From Candidatus Obscuribacteraceae bacterium (GTDB taxonomy: Bacteria; Cyanobacteriota; Vampirovibrionia; Obscuribacterales; Obscuribacteraceae), in the NCBI GenBank assembly GCA_044226015.1, contig JBGAHS010000001.1, positions 1,120,001 to 1,184,000 on the forward strand: a stretch of DNA of 64,000 nucleotides, given 5' to 3'. The translations under genes and the position numbers were made by a program. Under the pieces are notes generated by a model. That model worked only from the letters and a program-made list of their open reading frames with translations. It made no database searches and was not told where the DNA came from. Positions 1 to 10,378 of the stretch are shown here, piece by piece. Each line of letters opens with the position of its first letter. The first letter of the stretch is position 1.

Positions 1-497
1 GAGGGAACAACACCCAGCAAATAATCTTCCAGGTCGGTCAAATCAATCATTGTGACTGAGTTTCCGAGTCTGATTAACTCAAGAGAACCTCTGTACCAGG
101 CATTAGCAGCCCAGAATCGATAGTCGGAAGCTGTGACGTGCACTCGCTGTCCGCCCGGAATCTGGTAAAAGCGACCTGTTCCCAGTTCGGTGATGCATCC
201 GCTAGATATTGAATAGGGTAGCCCTGGCTTGAGTTCAAACACTGGCTTACCATTTAGGAAAACAAAGCCGTTCGACCAGATTGCAAACCTGCCCACTGGC
301 ACCCGAACCGCGATTCCGATTCTTATTGGGTTCATCATTGGCGGGTAAGGCAAAAATGTTGCGCTCAGGCTCTTCCCGCCGCTCGATGCTGCAGCAGGTT
401 TAGTTTTAGCGAGGGCGCCCTGCTGCGCGATAGACGCCAGCAGCAGTCCGGCTATTGCCAGACCTGTTCCAATTTTTCTTTCCCTCGAGCCTGCCAC
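1..497 (-). CDS. SpoIID/LytB domain protein, N-terminal part (runs off the left edge)
   Basis: Manual translation of the minus strand gives a hydrophobic leader and ...WYRGSLELIRLGNSVTMIDLTDLEDYLLGVVP, matching the SpoIID YRG...LEdYLxGVV motif. GTG start at 497 is tentative. Not in the ORF track because it is truncated. Confidence 0.85.
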   Translation of the reverse strand, partial: MAGSRERKIGTGLAIAGLLLASIAQQGALAKTKPAAASSGGKSLSATFLPYPPMMNPIRIGIAVRVPVGRFAIWSNGFVFLNGKPVFELKPGLPYSISSGCITELGTGRFYQIPGGQRVHVTASDYRFWAANAWYRGSLELIRLGNSVTMIDLTDLEDYLLGVVP

Positions 498-658
498 GAT
501 TTTGTCTGCGCTGAATTCGGTTAATGTGTTGAAGCGGTCAATAAATGTGATTTATATGACATCTTCTCAGAAATAGGGCTTATTTTTCAATATCAATGAG
601 CCCTCTCGATGATACTATGAGTGCCGTCTGTCGTTGCTAGAAGCGAAATGTTGCCAGT

Positions 659-1342
659 ATGAAAAGTATTTTGATAGTTGACGACGAAGTCGATATCGCG
701 AACTCAATTCAGTATGTTCTCAAGCAGGAAGGATATTCCATTCTGCTTGCTCACGATGGACTTCAAGCCATGCAGGTTATCGAGAACCAGCACCCTGATC
801 TCGTGATTTTGGATGTGATGATGCCTGGCATCGATGGTTACGAAGTTTGTCGAAGAGTCAGGGCAACGGACAAAAAGACACCGATTCTCATGTTGACAGC
901 CCGGACTTCAGAAGTTGACACTGTCGTTGGTCTGGAACTCGGTGCCAATGACTACATTGCCAAGCCGGTGCGCTTGCGCGAGCTGGTGGCGCGAGTAAAG
1001 GCGCAGTTGCGCGAAATGCCGACCGAAAAACCAGTTAACAGAGAAATCAAAGCTGGTGATTTGAGCATAGACCTCGACAGCCGCATTGTGAAAATCAAGG
1101 GTGAAACAATTGAACTGACGTTCAAAGAATTTGAGTTGCTCGCGACAATGGCGAAACAGCCGAATAGAGTGTTCACACGTGACCAGTTGTTCTCGCAGGT
1201 TTGGGGTTCGAGCTTTCTGGGCGAGAGCAGAACTGTTGATGTTCACATCAGATATTTGCGTGAGAAACTTGAAGTTGACCCGAGCCATCCCAAGCACATT
1301 TTGACAGTGCGCGGTGTTGGCTATCGATTTATTTGGGAATAG
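659..1342 (+). CDS. OmpR/PhoB-family two-component response regulator
   Basis: Receiver domain (ILIVDDE, DVMMP, LTA, KP) plus winged-helix domain (LTFKEFELL, RTVDVHIRYLR, TVRGVGY). Confidence 0.95.
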   Translation: MKSILIVDDEVDIANSIQYVLKQEGYSILLAHDGLQAMQVIENQHPDLVILDVMMPGIDGYEVCRRVRATDKKTPILMLTARTSEVDTVVGLELGANDYIAKPVRLRELVARVKAQLREMPTEKPVNREIKAGDLSIDLDSRIVKIKGETIELTFKEFELLATMAKQPNRVFTRDQLFSQVWGSSFLGESRTVDVHIRYLREKLEVDPSHPKHILTVRGVGYRFIWE

Positions 1343-1430
1343 TGCAGCCACCGTATTTGGTGCCACGCGGCATCAGAATACAACCCTTTTCAAATTCAAG
1401 CATGGGGCTAACAAGTGCTAATATCTTGCT

Positions 1431-2636
1431 ATGACTAATCAATCTGAAAGACCCCATCGCCCTTTTTTGCCTGAAGCACCTTCTGAACTCTTTATCAGAG
1501 CTGCCCAGGAACTCGTGCATGAGCAGCTCTTGCATCAGAACGAATTGCACATATCGAACTCTGCGCTAGAGCGACTCTTGTGCCTTCCTGCGGGCTCTGG
1601 TGTGATACTAACACCAAATCACGCCGACGAGACAGACCCCCGGGTCTGCCTGGAACTGTCGCATCAAAGCAAGAAACAATTCGTCTCGATGTGCAATCGA
1701 GAAGCTTTCGATGAGTTATTTGGACTGGCTGGTTTTGTGCTGCGTCGCCTCGGACATTTTTCTATTGAGCGAGGCGCTCACGATCAACCCGCGCTCGACC
1801 ATGCAATCGAGGTCGTCAGTCAGGGCGATAAAGTGTTGGTGATTTTTCCAGAGGGCGAAATTTTCTATCTCAATGAAAGAGTGCAGAATTTCCACGCCGG
1901 TGCCATCGAAATAGGAATGCAAGCTCTTTTGAAGAATGGTGAACAGCTTCGCGAGATATTTATTTTGCCGATGGCTATCAAATATCACTATACTCAGCCA
2001 ATCGATGCCACCATCGCGCGTCATATTTATCGTATGGAGAATCAGCTCCTCTTGCCTCACAGCGAAAAGCCTGCTGCTGAGCGACTGTTTGCTATTCAGA
2101 AGAAATTGTTCGAAATTGAAGCTCTGCATCAGGGAGTAGAATTGAAATTCGACGAAAGCAAACCGCTTTCGGAGCATGTGCAGGTCTTACAGAGAGCTGT
2201 AATTGATGCTATCGAAGCACGTCATGCGAACTTGCATACCTATCAAAAGCAGATTATTGATCAAACATGGCAATTGCAAGCAGAATTGCGGGAAGCCATT
2301 GATGTGACCCAGAATAATACTGAAAAAGAAGAGATGCAAAAAGATCTGGAAGCACTGGAGAAAATGGCTCGGCTCACGAGTTGGCGTCCATCTTACTACC
2401 GTGAAGAGCCCAGCGATGATCGCATGGCTGAAGCCCTTATGAAAATCGAGCGTGAACTCTATCGCGTCAAGCGTCCACACCAGCTGGCCCGGCGCCGTGT
2501 GTCTGTGGACATTTCACAAGCAATTGCTCTATCTGATTACAAGGCTGCGTATCAAGCTGATCCAAAAACAGTGCGGCACCAGCTGACCGAAGATTTGCAC
2601 AATCGTGTCCAAGCCATGGTTGATAAATTGCGTTAA
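1431..2636 (+). CDS. PlsC-like phospholipid/glycerol acyltransferase
   Basis: NHADETD (HX4D) and IFPEG motifs. Confidence 0.85.
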   Translation: MTNQSERPHRPFLPEAPSELFIRAAQELVHEQLLHQNELHISNSALERLLCLPAGSGVILTPNHADETDPRVCLELSHQSKKQFVSMCNREAFDELFGLAGFVLRRLGHFSIERGAHDQPALDHAIEVVSQGDKVLVIFPEGEIFYLNERVQNFHAGAIEIGMQALLKNGEQLREIFILPMAIKYHYTQPIDATIARHIYRMENQLLLPHSEKPAAERLFAIQKKLFEIEALHQGVELKFDESKPLSEHVQVLQRAVIDAIEARHANLHTYQKQIIDQTWQLQAELREAIDVTQNNTEKEEMQKDLEALEKMARLTSWRPSYYREEPSDDRMAEALMKIERELYRVKRPHQLARRRVSVDISQAIALSDYKAAYQADPKTVRHQLTEDLHNRVQAMVDKLR

Positions 2637-2785
2637 GCGCTCATCTGAGCTGTGGTGATAGATGAAACGGGCTTCTGTCGGTTTTAAGTAACGGTATTTG
2701 AATTTGTCGCTGCTTCGGTACTATGTCTAGGCTTTTTGGGGAATTTAGTTACTAGCTAGCGTTTTTCCCAAAGAGAGCAAGAAGT

Positions 2786-5700
2786 ATGCCAGATCCTAAA
2801 TCAGATTCGGTCAGCCCAGCAACGGATGCTGAAAAATCTGAAAAGACAGTCAGCGCGTCGCAAAGTCAGGCTGTTAAGGACCTGGAGCAGGCTGCGGAGC
2901 AAAGCAAGCTCAGGGACTTGCCACGGTCGAAAACCGCGAAGTACACAGGCAATCTCTATACAAATTTGACGCTAAATCACCATACTGGCGAAGTCAGGAA
3001 GATGCTTCCTGGCAAAGCTAATGTGGCAGATGAATCCGAGTCAAAAGACAAAAAAACTTCCAAGAATGGAGACACTAATTCGTCGGAAGCTGCGGCGGCA
3101 AAGCCGGATCTTGCGAGTGCCACCGCTAAAGCCGCTGGCGATGGAGTTGCTAACTTAATACGGAACTCCGATGGCAAAGTCTCTGACATTGAATATGCTA
3201 ATGGTCGCGATTTTGCCTCAATGAATTACGATGAACAGGGCAATCTGAAGTCTGTTAACGGTCCGATTGAAAATCTGCAAAAACAAGCTGATGGTTCCTG
3301 GCTGTCAACCAACATGGAGCCACCTGGCAAGTATGAGAATGTGACTGTCGATGAAAATGGCGTCATTACCATGTATGAAAAGGGAAAGAAGCCCTTCTCG
3401 ATTGATCCAAAATCTGACTTCAATGAACAGAGCGAAAAGAATGCCACACTGCAGAGTCTTCCGGATGGCGTAAATATAGGCAGAGATCAGCAAGGACGCG
3501 TAAGCGAGATTACATACGGTAATCAAACCGATGGCGCTTACATTCAATACGACAAGGATGGAAAGCCTGAACATATAAACGGTCCCATAGAAAATCTGCA
3601 GCGACAATCCGATGGCTCCTGGCTGTCTACGAATACTGATCCACCGAGCAAATACGAAAATGTTACCGTCGACGAAAATGGTGTAATTACTCTATATGAA
3701 GCAGGTGAGAAACCTTATTCAATCGATCCACGAACTGACTTTACTGCTGATACCGCTGGTAGTGGTGGTGAAATTGTATATCCGGATGGGACAAAAGCTG
3801 AAATAAGGCGCAATGAAAGCGGAGAAATCACGGAACTAACTTTACGTGATGGCATGCATTTGCTTAAGCAAGAAAATGGATGGCAAGCCGTAAATGAAAT
3901 GGGAGAAGGCATCGCCGGCAGCGCTGTTAAAGATGTGGATGTCGCGGAAGATGGCAGCATTAAATTAAGCGATTACCACAATAACACACTTGAATATAAG
4001 CCGGACGGTTCTCAAATTGAGGTCCGCAACGAGGGCTCAATGGTCGAGGTGGACATACATGGTCGGCCGACCAAGGTGACTCTTCCGAGTCCTGCGCATG
4101 GCGCCACTTCTTTCGAGTACAACGATGAAGGCGAACTTGCAAGCATTGATTATGGCAATGGAAATAAATGGACTCATGAATCTGGAGAGACATGGAAGAA
4201 CGATCAGGCAGGTACGACATGGCAAGGTGAAATCAGAGTTCTGAGTGACGGCACCTATAGTTATCGCGCCACGGGAGAAACAGAAGTACATACACAATTT
4301 CCTGATGGTTCCCGGATGACTATGGATGCATCTGGGTATCGAATCCAAACTAAAGATGGTGCGACAATATCCTCTAGCACAGACGATCGAATCAACAGTA
4401 TCGATTATGCAGGATCAAAAGTGCATAGAGACTTTGAATACGACAGCAAAGGAATCTCATCGGTCAGCTATCAAAATGATCTAAATGGTTTTAAGGACAC
4501 TTGGAAGAGGCAAGGTGATTCAAATTGGGTTCAATACGATGATTCCGGCAAACCTACAGGACAAACCTGGCAAGGCGAAATTGCAATAGACCAAGAAAAC
4601 GGCGAATACATTTATCAAAGCAAAGGCTCCAGTGAATATGTTGTTGAACGTCCTGACGGTTCGATCGTCAAGGCTGATGGCAACCACGTTACTGAAGTCA
4701 CGCGGTCAAATGGTGAAACAATCAGTTTCAACAAATATTCGGATCAGGGATATCTCACAGCCTACAAAGATAGCAGCGGTTCGTGGACAAGCGAAGATGG
4801 CATCAAATGGCGCAACCAGGACGGAGACACAAGAATTGAATCGGTCACTGTTGATAGTGAAGGAACTATCAGTATCAACAACGGCGGGGAAACAAAGAAA
4901 CTGCTTAGCAATGGTGCTGAAGTAGACGTAGATAACGCAAGCGATGCAAAAAAATTCTACGATGCGCAAGGACAGCTCACTGAAACGATTGATCCAAACA
5001 ACAATATTTATAAGTTCACCTATAACGATGCAGCTGCTGGGTCCGAAGCCCAGCTAGCCTCTGTGACAGAGCCAGACGGAATCACCTGGACGCCGAAGGA
5101 AAAAACGCAGCTGGGGCCACTCGACACAATTGCTTCCATATTCGGGGGCAACAAGCAGGTCTGGGTATCGGCTGATGGGCAATACGAGAAAGTCGGAGAC
5201 TACTCTATAAACCAGAGGGATGGAAGTCTCACCTTTAAAGATGAGAGCACGAAAATAGAAACGACGGTTCGTCCAGACGGCACTCATACAACAAAAGACG
5301 AAAATCTTAAGAGTGAGACATATGGTCAGGTCAAGACTACTGATGCAAATGGCAATGAGAAGGTTGACACGCCTGCTGTTGATCGCAAGGAAATAGAAAC
5401 AGCGGCAAAGGCTTTCCACGATGCTATCGGTTTGATGGAAGCCACCACTGACACCGATCTGATGAAGACCATGCTGAAGGGCAGGTCAGAAGCCGAAATT
5501 ACAGTGATGGATGACTATTACAAGACTAACTACGGCGTATCGCTGAAGGAAGCCATAGCCGCAAGCACATCAGGTCCCGATAAAATTGAGTTGGAGAATC
5601 TTGTCGATCACGTCGATGGTCAGGACGACAATGCTGGATTCATAGAAGTGAAACTTGCTGAATTGGCAGAAACTAAGTATCTCGATCCTAAAGCCATTGA

Positions 5701-8700
5701 TGCTATTGGAACTGAGATTCGGCAAAAACTTGCATCGATGAATTCTGAGCAGATAGCACAAATGAACGCTGATTTTGCGAAGGAAGACCCTGAGCACAGA
5801 ACGGTACTTCAAGCCATTAGCGATAATCCAAAAATTTCTCAGGCGACAAAAGATGCCGTTGCTGTTTACGCCAGGGGGACGGACCAACTCACCCAAAAAG
5901 ATTATCAATCGATTGTCGAACAGTCCTTGACGAATGGCGATCTGCAACAGTTTAAGGAATCTATTGCGCATATGTCGGCAGAAGCACGGCAAGACTTTAT
6001 GGCGAACGGTGGTGAAAGCAAAATAAGTGAAGCCTTCTCGCATTGGTACGATTCTGATGAATTTGTTTCAGCGCTTGATTATGCAAGAAACGGTCGTGAA
6101 AGCCTTGCTCATAAGATAGCTACTGAAACCGGCAATTTGAATGACAACGAAGCAGGAATTGAAGCCGCCGTTAATGAGATGTCCGATGCTGACCATAGAG
6201 CTTTTGCAGAGGGGCGCAAAATATTTGCTGAAAAGGGAGCTGATGCTGACCCCAGTTCAATGACAGCTGAACAAAGAGACTCATATCAATATTACAAAGA
6301 AGCGCATGCGGCATTCCAAAGCGCGGGCAACCAATCTGAAGTCTTGAAATGGGAAGACAAAGCGATTGCGGGCGGCGAAGGAACAATCATTTCTAAAGCA
6401 CTTAGCCATGCTGGAACCGTTTATGACGACAAGATGGGAGCTGTCATTGCTGATATCGAAAATATGAGCGAGAAAGACTTCAATGAATTCAAGAATAATC
6501 CAGATTTTCAAAATCGCCTTCAAGAGATGTACTCGACCTATTTGAATGCAGATGAAATGGCTCGAGTACAGGAAGTCATGGATAAGAAGGTGCAAGCTGA
6601 GGATTTTGATGCGGCATCACAAGCAAGACGCCCCTTTGCAGAAGCAGTCGCAGATGCAATTGATGCTGGAGACGAAAAAGCGTTTCTGGAAGCAATTGCG
6701 ACGATGACGCCATCTGACCGGGCTGATTTTCAAAATAATAAAGATGGAATCAGAGATGCCGTCAAAAGCTATGCATCTGACAGCGGCACTCAAGCCGCGG
6801 TTGATTACTTAAGTGCGAAGATAGCGCGTGGTGAAGAAACGAGTAAGGACGATATTGTTGTTAAAGCAAGCATTCATTATGCGACTGAAACTTTTGTCGA
6901 TGAGGCTCAAGTTACAAGCGAGGTGTTGGATGCTTTTAAGAAGGATCCAACACTGCGAGATCGCATTATAAATCCTCAGAACGATGCTGACCGTGAGTTA
7001 GCCACTGCTTTTGGTACCGCACTCAGCTCTGCAATGGGTAGCTCCGATTACGAAGCTTACATAAAGCCGATTTTGGAAACAGGCGGTCTGACTTCCGAGG
7101 CTATGTCGAGCCTGTTCAAGGGGACGATTGATAGCAATGAGACCGGATTTTATGAAGCTTTGTCCTCCTTGCCGGCTGCTGAAAGAAAGAAAATGCAAGA
7201 TGACCCTGGCCAGTACATGTCATTCATGAGCGCGGAAGATCGTGCCGTTGCGATGAATATTCTTGCTCAAGACGGGAAAATGTCTCCTGAAGACAAAATT
7301 CGTGCTTATCAACTTGGTGCCGGGACAATGGAGAAGGAGATTAAAGAGATGCTCTCAACTATGTCGCCGGAAGAGATCGAACTAATGAAGCGCAACTATG
7401 CCAAAAAGTACGACTCTAATCTAAATGCAGATTTGATGAGTGAACTCTCTGGAAAAGATCTCAGAGATACAAATAAGATGCTTGAGCGTCCACAAAGCAG
7501 CGGGGAAGCTTTTAACGATGCACTCGATGACGCAAGAGATGTGCATACTGGTTCTGCTTCGCAGTATAGCGATTACTTCAATGGAACTGGCGAGAGCGTA
7601 GACGATGCCGCTATACAATTCGGGAAGACTGTAGCCGAGTATTCGAAGAACTTTCAAGAGCTGCCACCTGATATTCAAAAGCAACTTGTTGAGACAATGA
7701 AAACAGCTGTTGATGCGCACAAAGAGTCTAAAGAAGCGATGGCTGATGCCATGGTCAACGGAATTGTCACAGTCGCTGCAGTGGCTGGAGCACTCCCTAC
7801 TGGTGGTGTCAGTCTTGCCGGGGTTGGAGTTTTGGCGGCAGGTGGTGGTGCCTTCAAGGTAGCCGTGAAGAGCACCATGATGGGTGAATCATATGACTGG
7901 GATGCTAGTGCATATTCTGATTTTGCCTCTGGGGCTCTTGATGCTGCAGTTTCTGCATCTATAGCTGGAAAAGGGCTTGCAAACCTGGGCGAGGAAGCTG
8001 CAACTAAGACCGCGGAAGTGATGAGCAAGTCTGCCAGTGCCATGATGAAGGAAGGGGCAGATGCTGTTTTAGCCTCGGAGATCAAGAATGCAACGAAAAC
8101 TGCATTAGAGTCCGGAGCCAAAGAAATCTCAGAAGCAACCCTGGAGTCAATAGCAAAAGCCTATGCAAAACCTGGCATGGAAAAAGCATTTCAGCAGGAA
8201 CTTAAAGAAACGCTCGAAAAGGAGATTTTAGCCGAAACAAAGGATAGAGCAAAAGCAATTGCAATTGCATTTGCTGAAGAGGTTGGAGCTAGTGGTGTTG
8301 GTGGCTCCGCTGGTGGTGCAGCATCTGGAATAATGACCGCAGACTACGATTATGGCTTTCTTGGCAATTTGGAGAACATGGCTAAATCGGCAGCTCTGAG
8401 TGCCGCTACTGCTGCCGCTGGAACGGTTGCACTCAAAGGATTATTTTCTGTTGGAAGCGAACTTTACGCGGGTCTAAAAGGCATTGGCGGTAAATCGCTA
8501 GCTGACGATGCAATAACAGAAATGAACTCGCCTACAATACCTGATCCACCCCCGCCTACGATACCTGATCTTGAAAGTCCAACGATACCGCGCCTGAATC
8601 CCGCCACGATTCCGGTTTTAGAAGCGCCTGTTTCACAAGGTATGGAACCATTATCTATCTCGGATGTCGACACTCCGACATTAACGGATATAGAGCCAGT

Positions 8701-10378
8701 AATGATATCTGATTTCGACTCGCCTACATTAGTTGATTCACCAGCAATCTCCGAAGTCGAATTAGCTAGTTCGCCAGGCATAGATCAATCCATCACAGCT
8801 CCAGATCTCGGACAGGTGTCAATTGATACGCCAGTTCCGCCTGGTGATGCTCCTACAGGAGTGTATAAACGTCCTCCTGCAGTGAATAAAGATGGCGAAA
8901 CAAATGTAGCTATTCCCGTCAGCAAAAAAACATTTGATGCCGACCCAAAGGCACCAGAAACGGTGCCCAATATCGACCCTCTTGCTAATGCCGATACGCT
9001 GCCAAATCAACAAGTAATCAAAGGCAAATTCTGGCGCCCGTTAAACCGTGATGGAGAGACGCAAGTAGAGCTACCTGGACTCAAGAAACCGCAAGCGGGT
9101 GCAGATGCAAACGCTCACGTGGAAGCCACCAAGCAGTTCAAAGATAGTCCCACAGTGAAAATCGAAACTGCCGAAAGCAAGCTAAAAAAGATTCAAGAGG
9201 CCGAGACTATCATTCTCAAGCGTCCTGCCGAACTCGACGCAATGTGGGCTGATACCATAAGCGGGCAACTACCAGAAGTCGTCAAAGCAATTCAGGAAGC
9301 AAAAACAGTTATCATTCAAAGACCTGAAGGTGCTGTCAATCTCGCGGATGCAGAGGTCACAATTCAAATAAAATTGCCTGAAGCGAAAGTTCCAAATCGT
9401 CCGCCGATGGATGATGCACTGGCTAAGAAAATTGAGGCAGCAAAATCCAATCCTTTACCGCGAACTGACATCGATGCCAAACTTGATGTTATGAGCGCAA
9501 TTGATGATGAGATGGAACATAACGGTGAAAAGATTCAAATTGGCTTTCTCGACGTCAATATCAATGGGGTAGATGCATCGCTGGTCAAGCCTGGTGGAGC
9601 ATTCTACTATGACCATCAACCTGGAGCTAAGACAGGTGCCGTTGAAAATAAAGTGCATGTTGAAGCAGCAAATCCAGAGGAATTAGCGAAAATGCAAGCA
9701 GTGCTAATTCCAGCATTGAAGACCGATCCTGCTTTAAAAGATCTGGTCGAAAATTGGAAAACGATTGATCCTCGTTATGGCATGGAAAATCCGAAGTGGG
9801 CAACCGCCGATGGCAAAGCACCATCTGACCAGATTGGCCCTGGTAATCGAGGACAAGATGCAAAAGCGTTCACCATTTATCCTAAAGATGCAAAAGCTGC
9901 GGAGGCTATCGCAAAAAGAATAGACGAAATCTTGGCTCAATATCCGGAGTTCCGAAATAAGGATATTATTCCTAGTGGTAATGCTGATACGCTTGTTGGA
10001 ACAACTAACCGCGTTGGTGTGGTAAAAGACTACATCGAGAAAGCACCGGGTAGTACTGAAGATCGGCCTCAAGGGCTCATCGATCAAGAAGTCGGTGATG
10101 CCATCAAGAATGATGGTGACCTACATGAGCGCGCTGTAGCTAGCGGTGTCACCGCGCTAGATCAATTAAGCAAAGAGCTAGGGTTGCAGCCTGGCATTCT
10201 GCATGAAGATGCTCAAGGAAATATCGTAATTGACTTGCCTCCGGCACCTGGATATAAAAAATTTCCAGTCGTTTACATGGACGAATCGGAGGCCGGAAAA
10301 AATTTCGGAGAGTTTAATTCACGCCCGGCAGTTTATGAGATTTACAAGAAATACGGTTACGATCCCAAGGACTTTTGA
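2786..10378 (+). CDS. Giant 2530-aa polymorphic-toxin-like protein: YD-like beta repeats, annexin repeats, hydrophobic segments, Pro/Thr linker, C-terminal putative phosphothreonine-lyase-like domain
   Basis: Uninterrupted ORF. Annexin-like repeats near 5390-5600 and 7295-7480. Gly/Ala hydrophobic stretches at 7760-8450. KVHV, WKTID and FTIYPK motifs at 9650-9886. Confidence 0.8.
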   Translation: MPDPKSDSVSPATDAEKSEKTVSASQSQAVKDLEQAAEQSKLRDLPRSKTAKYTGNLYTNLTLNHHTGEVRKMLPGKANVADESESKDKKTSKNGDTNSSEAAAAKPDLASATAKAAGDGVANLIRNSDGKVSDIEYANGRDFASMNYDEQGNLKSVNGPIENLQKQADGSWLSTNMEPPGKYENVTVDENGVITMYEKGKKPFSIDPKSDFNEQSEKNATLQSLPDGVNIGRDQQGRVSEITYGNQTDGAYIQYDKDGKPEHINGPIENLQRQSDGSWLSTNTDPPSKYENVTVDENGVITLYEAGEKPYSIDPRTDFTADTAGSGGEIVYPDGTKAEIRRNESGEITELTLRDGMHLLKQENGWQAVNEMGEGIAGSAVKDVDVAEDGSIKLSDYHNNTLEYKPDGSQIEVRNEGSMVEVDIHGRPTKVTLPSPAHGATSFEYNDEGELASIDYGNGNKWTHESGETWKNDQAGTTWQGEIRVLSDGTYSYRATGETEVHTQFPDGSRMTMDASGYRIQTKDGATISSSTDDRINSIDYAGSKVHRDFEYDSKGISSVSYQNDLNGFKDTWKRQGDSNWVQYDDSGKPTGQTWQGEIAIDQENGEYIYQSKGSSEYVVERPDGSIVKADGNHVTEVTRSNGETISFNKYSDQGYLTAYKDSSGSWTSEDGIKWRNQDGDTRIESVTVDSEGTISINNGGETKKLLSNGAEVDVDNASDAKKFYDAQGQLTETIDPNNNIYKFTYNDAAAGSEAQLASVTEPDGITWTPKEKTQLGPLDTIASIFGGNKQVWVSADGQYEKVGDYSINQRDGSLTFKDESTKIETTVRPDGTHTTKDENLKSETYGQVKTTDANGNEKVDTPAVDRKEIETAAKAFHDAIGLMEATTDTDLMKTMLKGRSEAEITVMDDYYKTNYGVSLKEAIAASTSGPDKIELENLVDHVDGQDDNAGFIEVKLAELAETKYLDPKAIDAIGTEIRQKLASMNSEQIAQMNADFAKEDPEHRTVLQAISDNPKISQATKDAVAVYARGTDQLTQKDYQSIVEQSLTNGDLQQFKESIAHMSAEARQDFMANGGESKISEAFSHWYDSDEFVSALDYARNGRESLAHKIATETGNLNDNEAGIEAAVNEMSDADHRAFAEGRKIFAEKGADADPSSMTAEQRDSYQYYKEAHAAFQSAGNQSEVLKWEDKAIAGGEGTIISKALSHAGTVYDDKMGAVIADIENMSEKDFNEFKNNPDFQNRLQEMYSTYLNADEMARVQEVMDKKVQAEDFDAASQARRPFAEAVADAIDAGDEKAFLEAIATMTPSDRADFQNNKDGIRDAVKSYASDSGTQAAVDYLSAKIARGEETSKDDIVVKASIHYATETFVDEAQVTSEVLDAFKKDPTLRDRIINPQNDADRELATAFGTALSSAMGSSDYEAYIKPILETGGLTSEAMSSLFKGTIDSNETGFYEALSSLPAAERKKMQDDPGQYMSFMSAEDRAVAMNILAQDGKMSPEDKIRAYQLGAGTMEKEIKEMLSTMSPEEIELMKRNYAKKYDSNLNADLMSELSGKDLRDTNKMLERPQSSGEAFNDALDDARDVHTGSASQYSDYFNGTGESVDDAAIQFGKTVAEYSKNFQELPPDIQKQLVETMKTAVDAHKESKEAMADAMVNGIVTVAAVAGALPTGGVSLAGVGVLAAGGGAFKVAVKSTMMGESYDWDASAYSDFASGALDAAVSASIAGKGLANLGEEAATKTAEVMSKSASAMMKEGADAVLASEIKNATKTALESGAKEISEATLESIAKAYAKPGMEKAFQQELKETLEKEILAETKDRAKAIAIAFAEEVGASGVGGSAGGAASGIMTADYDYGFLGNLENMAKSAALSAATAAAGTVALKGLFSVGSELYAGLKGIGGKSLADDAITEMNSPTIPDPPPPTIPDLESPTIPRLNPATIPVLEAPVSQGMEPLSISDVDTPTLTDIEPVMISDFDSPTLVDSPAISEVELASSPGIDQSITAPDLGQVSIDTPVPPGDAPTGVYKRPPAVNKDGETNVAIPVSKKTFDADPKAPETVPNIDPLANADTLPNQQVIKGKFWRPLNRDGETQVELPGLKKPQAGADANAHVEATKQFKDSPTVKIETAESKLKKIQEAETIILKRPAELDAMWADTISGQLPEVVKAIQEAKTVIIQRPEGAVNLADAEVTIQIKLPEAKVPNRPPMDDALAKKIEAAKSNPLPRTDIDAKLDVMSAIDDEMEHNGEKIQIGFLDVNINGVDASLVKPGGAFYYDHQPGAKTGAVENKVHVEAANPEELAKMQAVLIPALKTDPALKDLVENWKTIDPRYGMENPKWATADGKAPSDQIGPGNRGQDAKAFTIYPKDAKAAEAIAKRIDEILAQYPEFRNKDIIPSGNADTLVGTTNRVGVVKDYIEKAPGSTEDRPQGLIDQEVGDAIKNDGDLHERAVASGVTALDQLSKELGLQPGILHEDAQGNIVIDLPPAPGYKKFPVVYMDESEAGKNFGEFNSRPAVYEIYKKYGYDPKDF
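3155..3742 (+). repeat. Internal duplication of about 89 aa (321-bp period) in the giant ORF
   Basis: NGPIENLQ.Q.DGSWLSTN..PP.KYENVTVDENGVIT.YE.G.KP.SIDP..DF occurs twice. Confidence 0.9.

Noticed and set aside
2786..5340. Classical Rhs protein
   Set aside because: YD-like repeats are present but no Rhs core (PxxxxDPxG) signature is visible.
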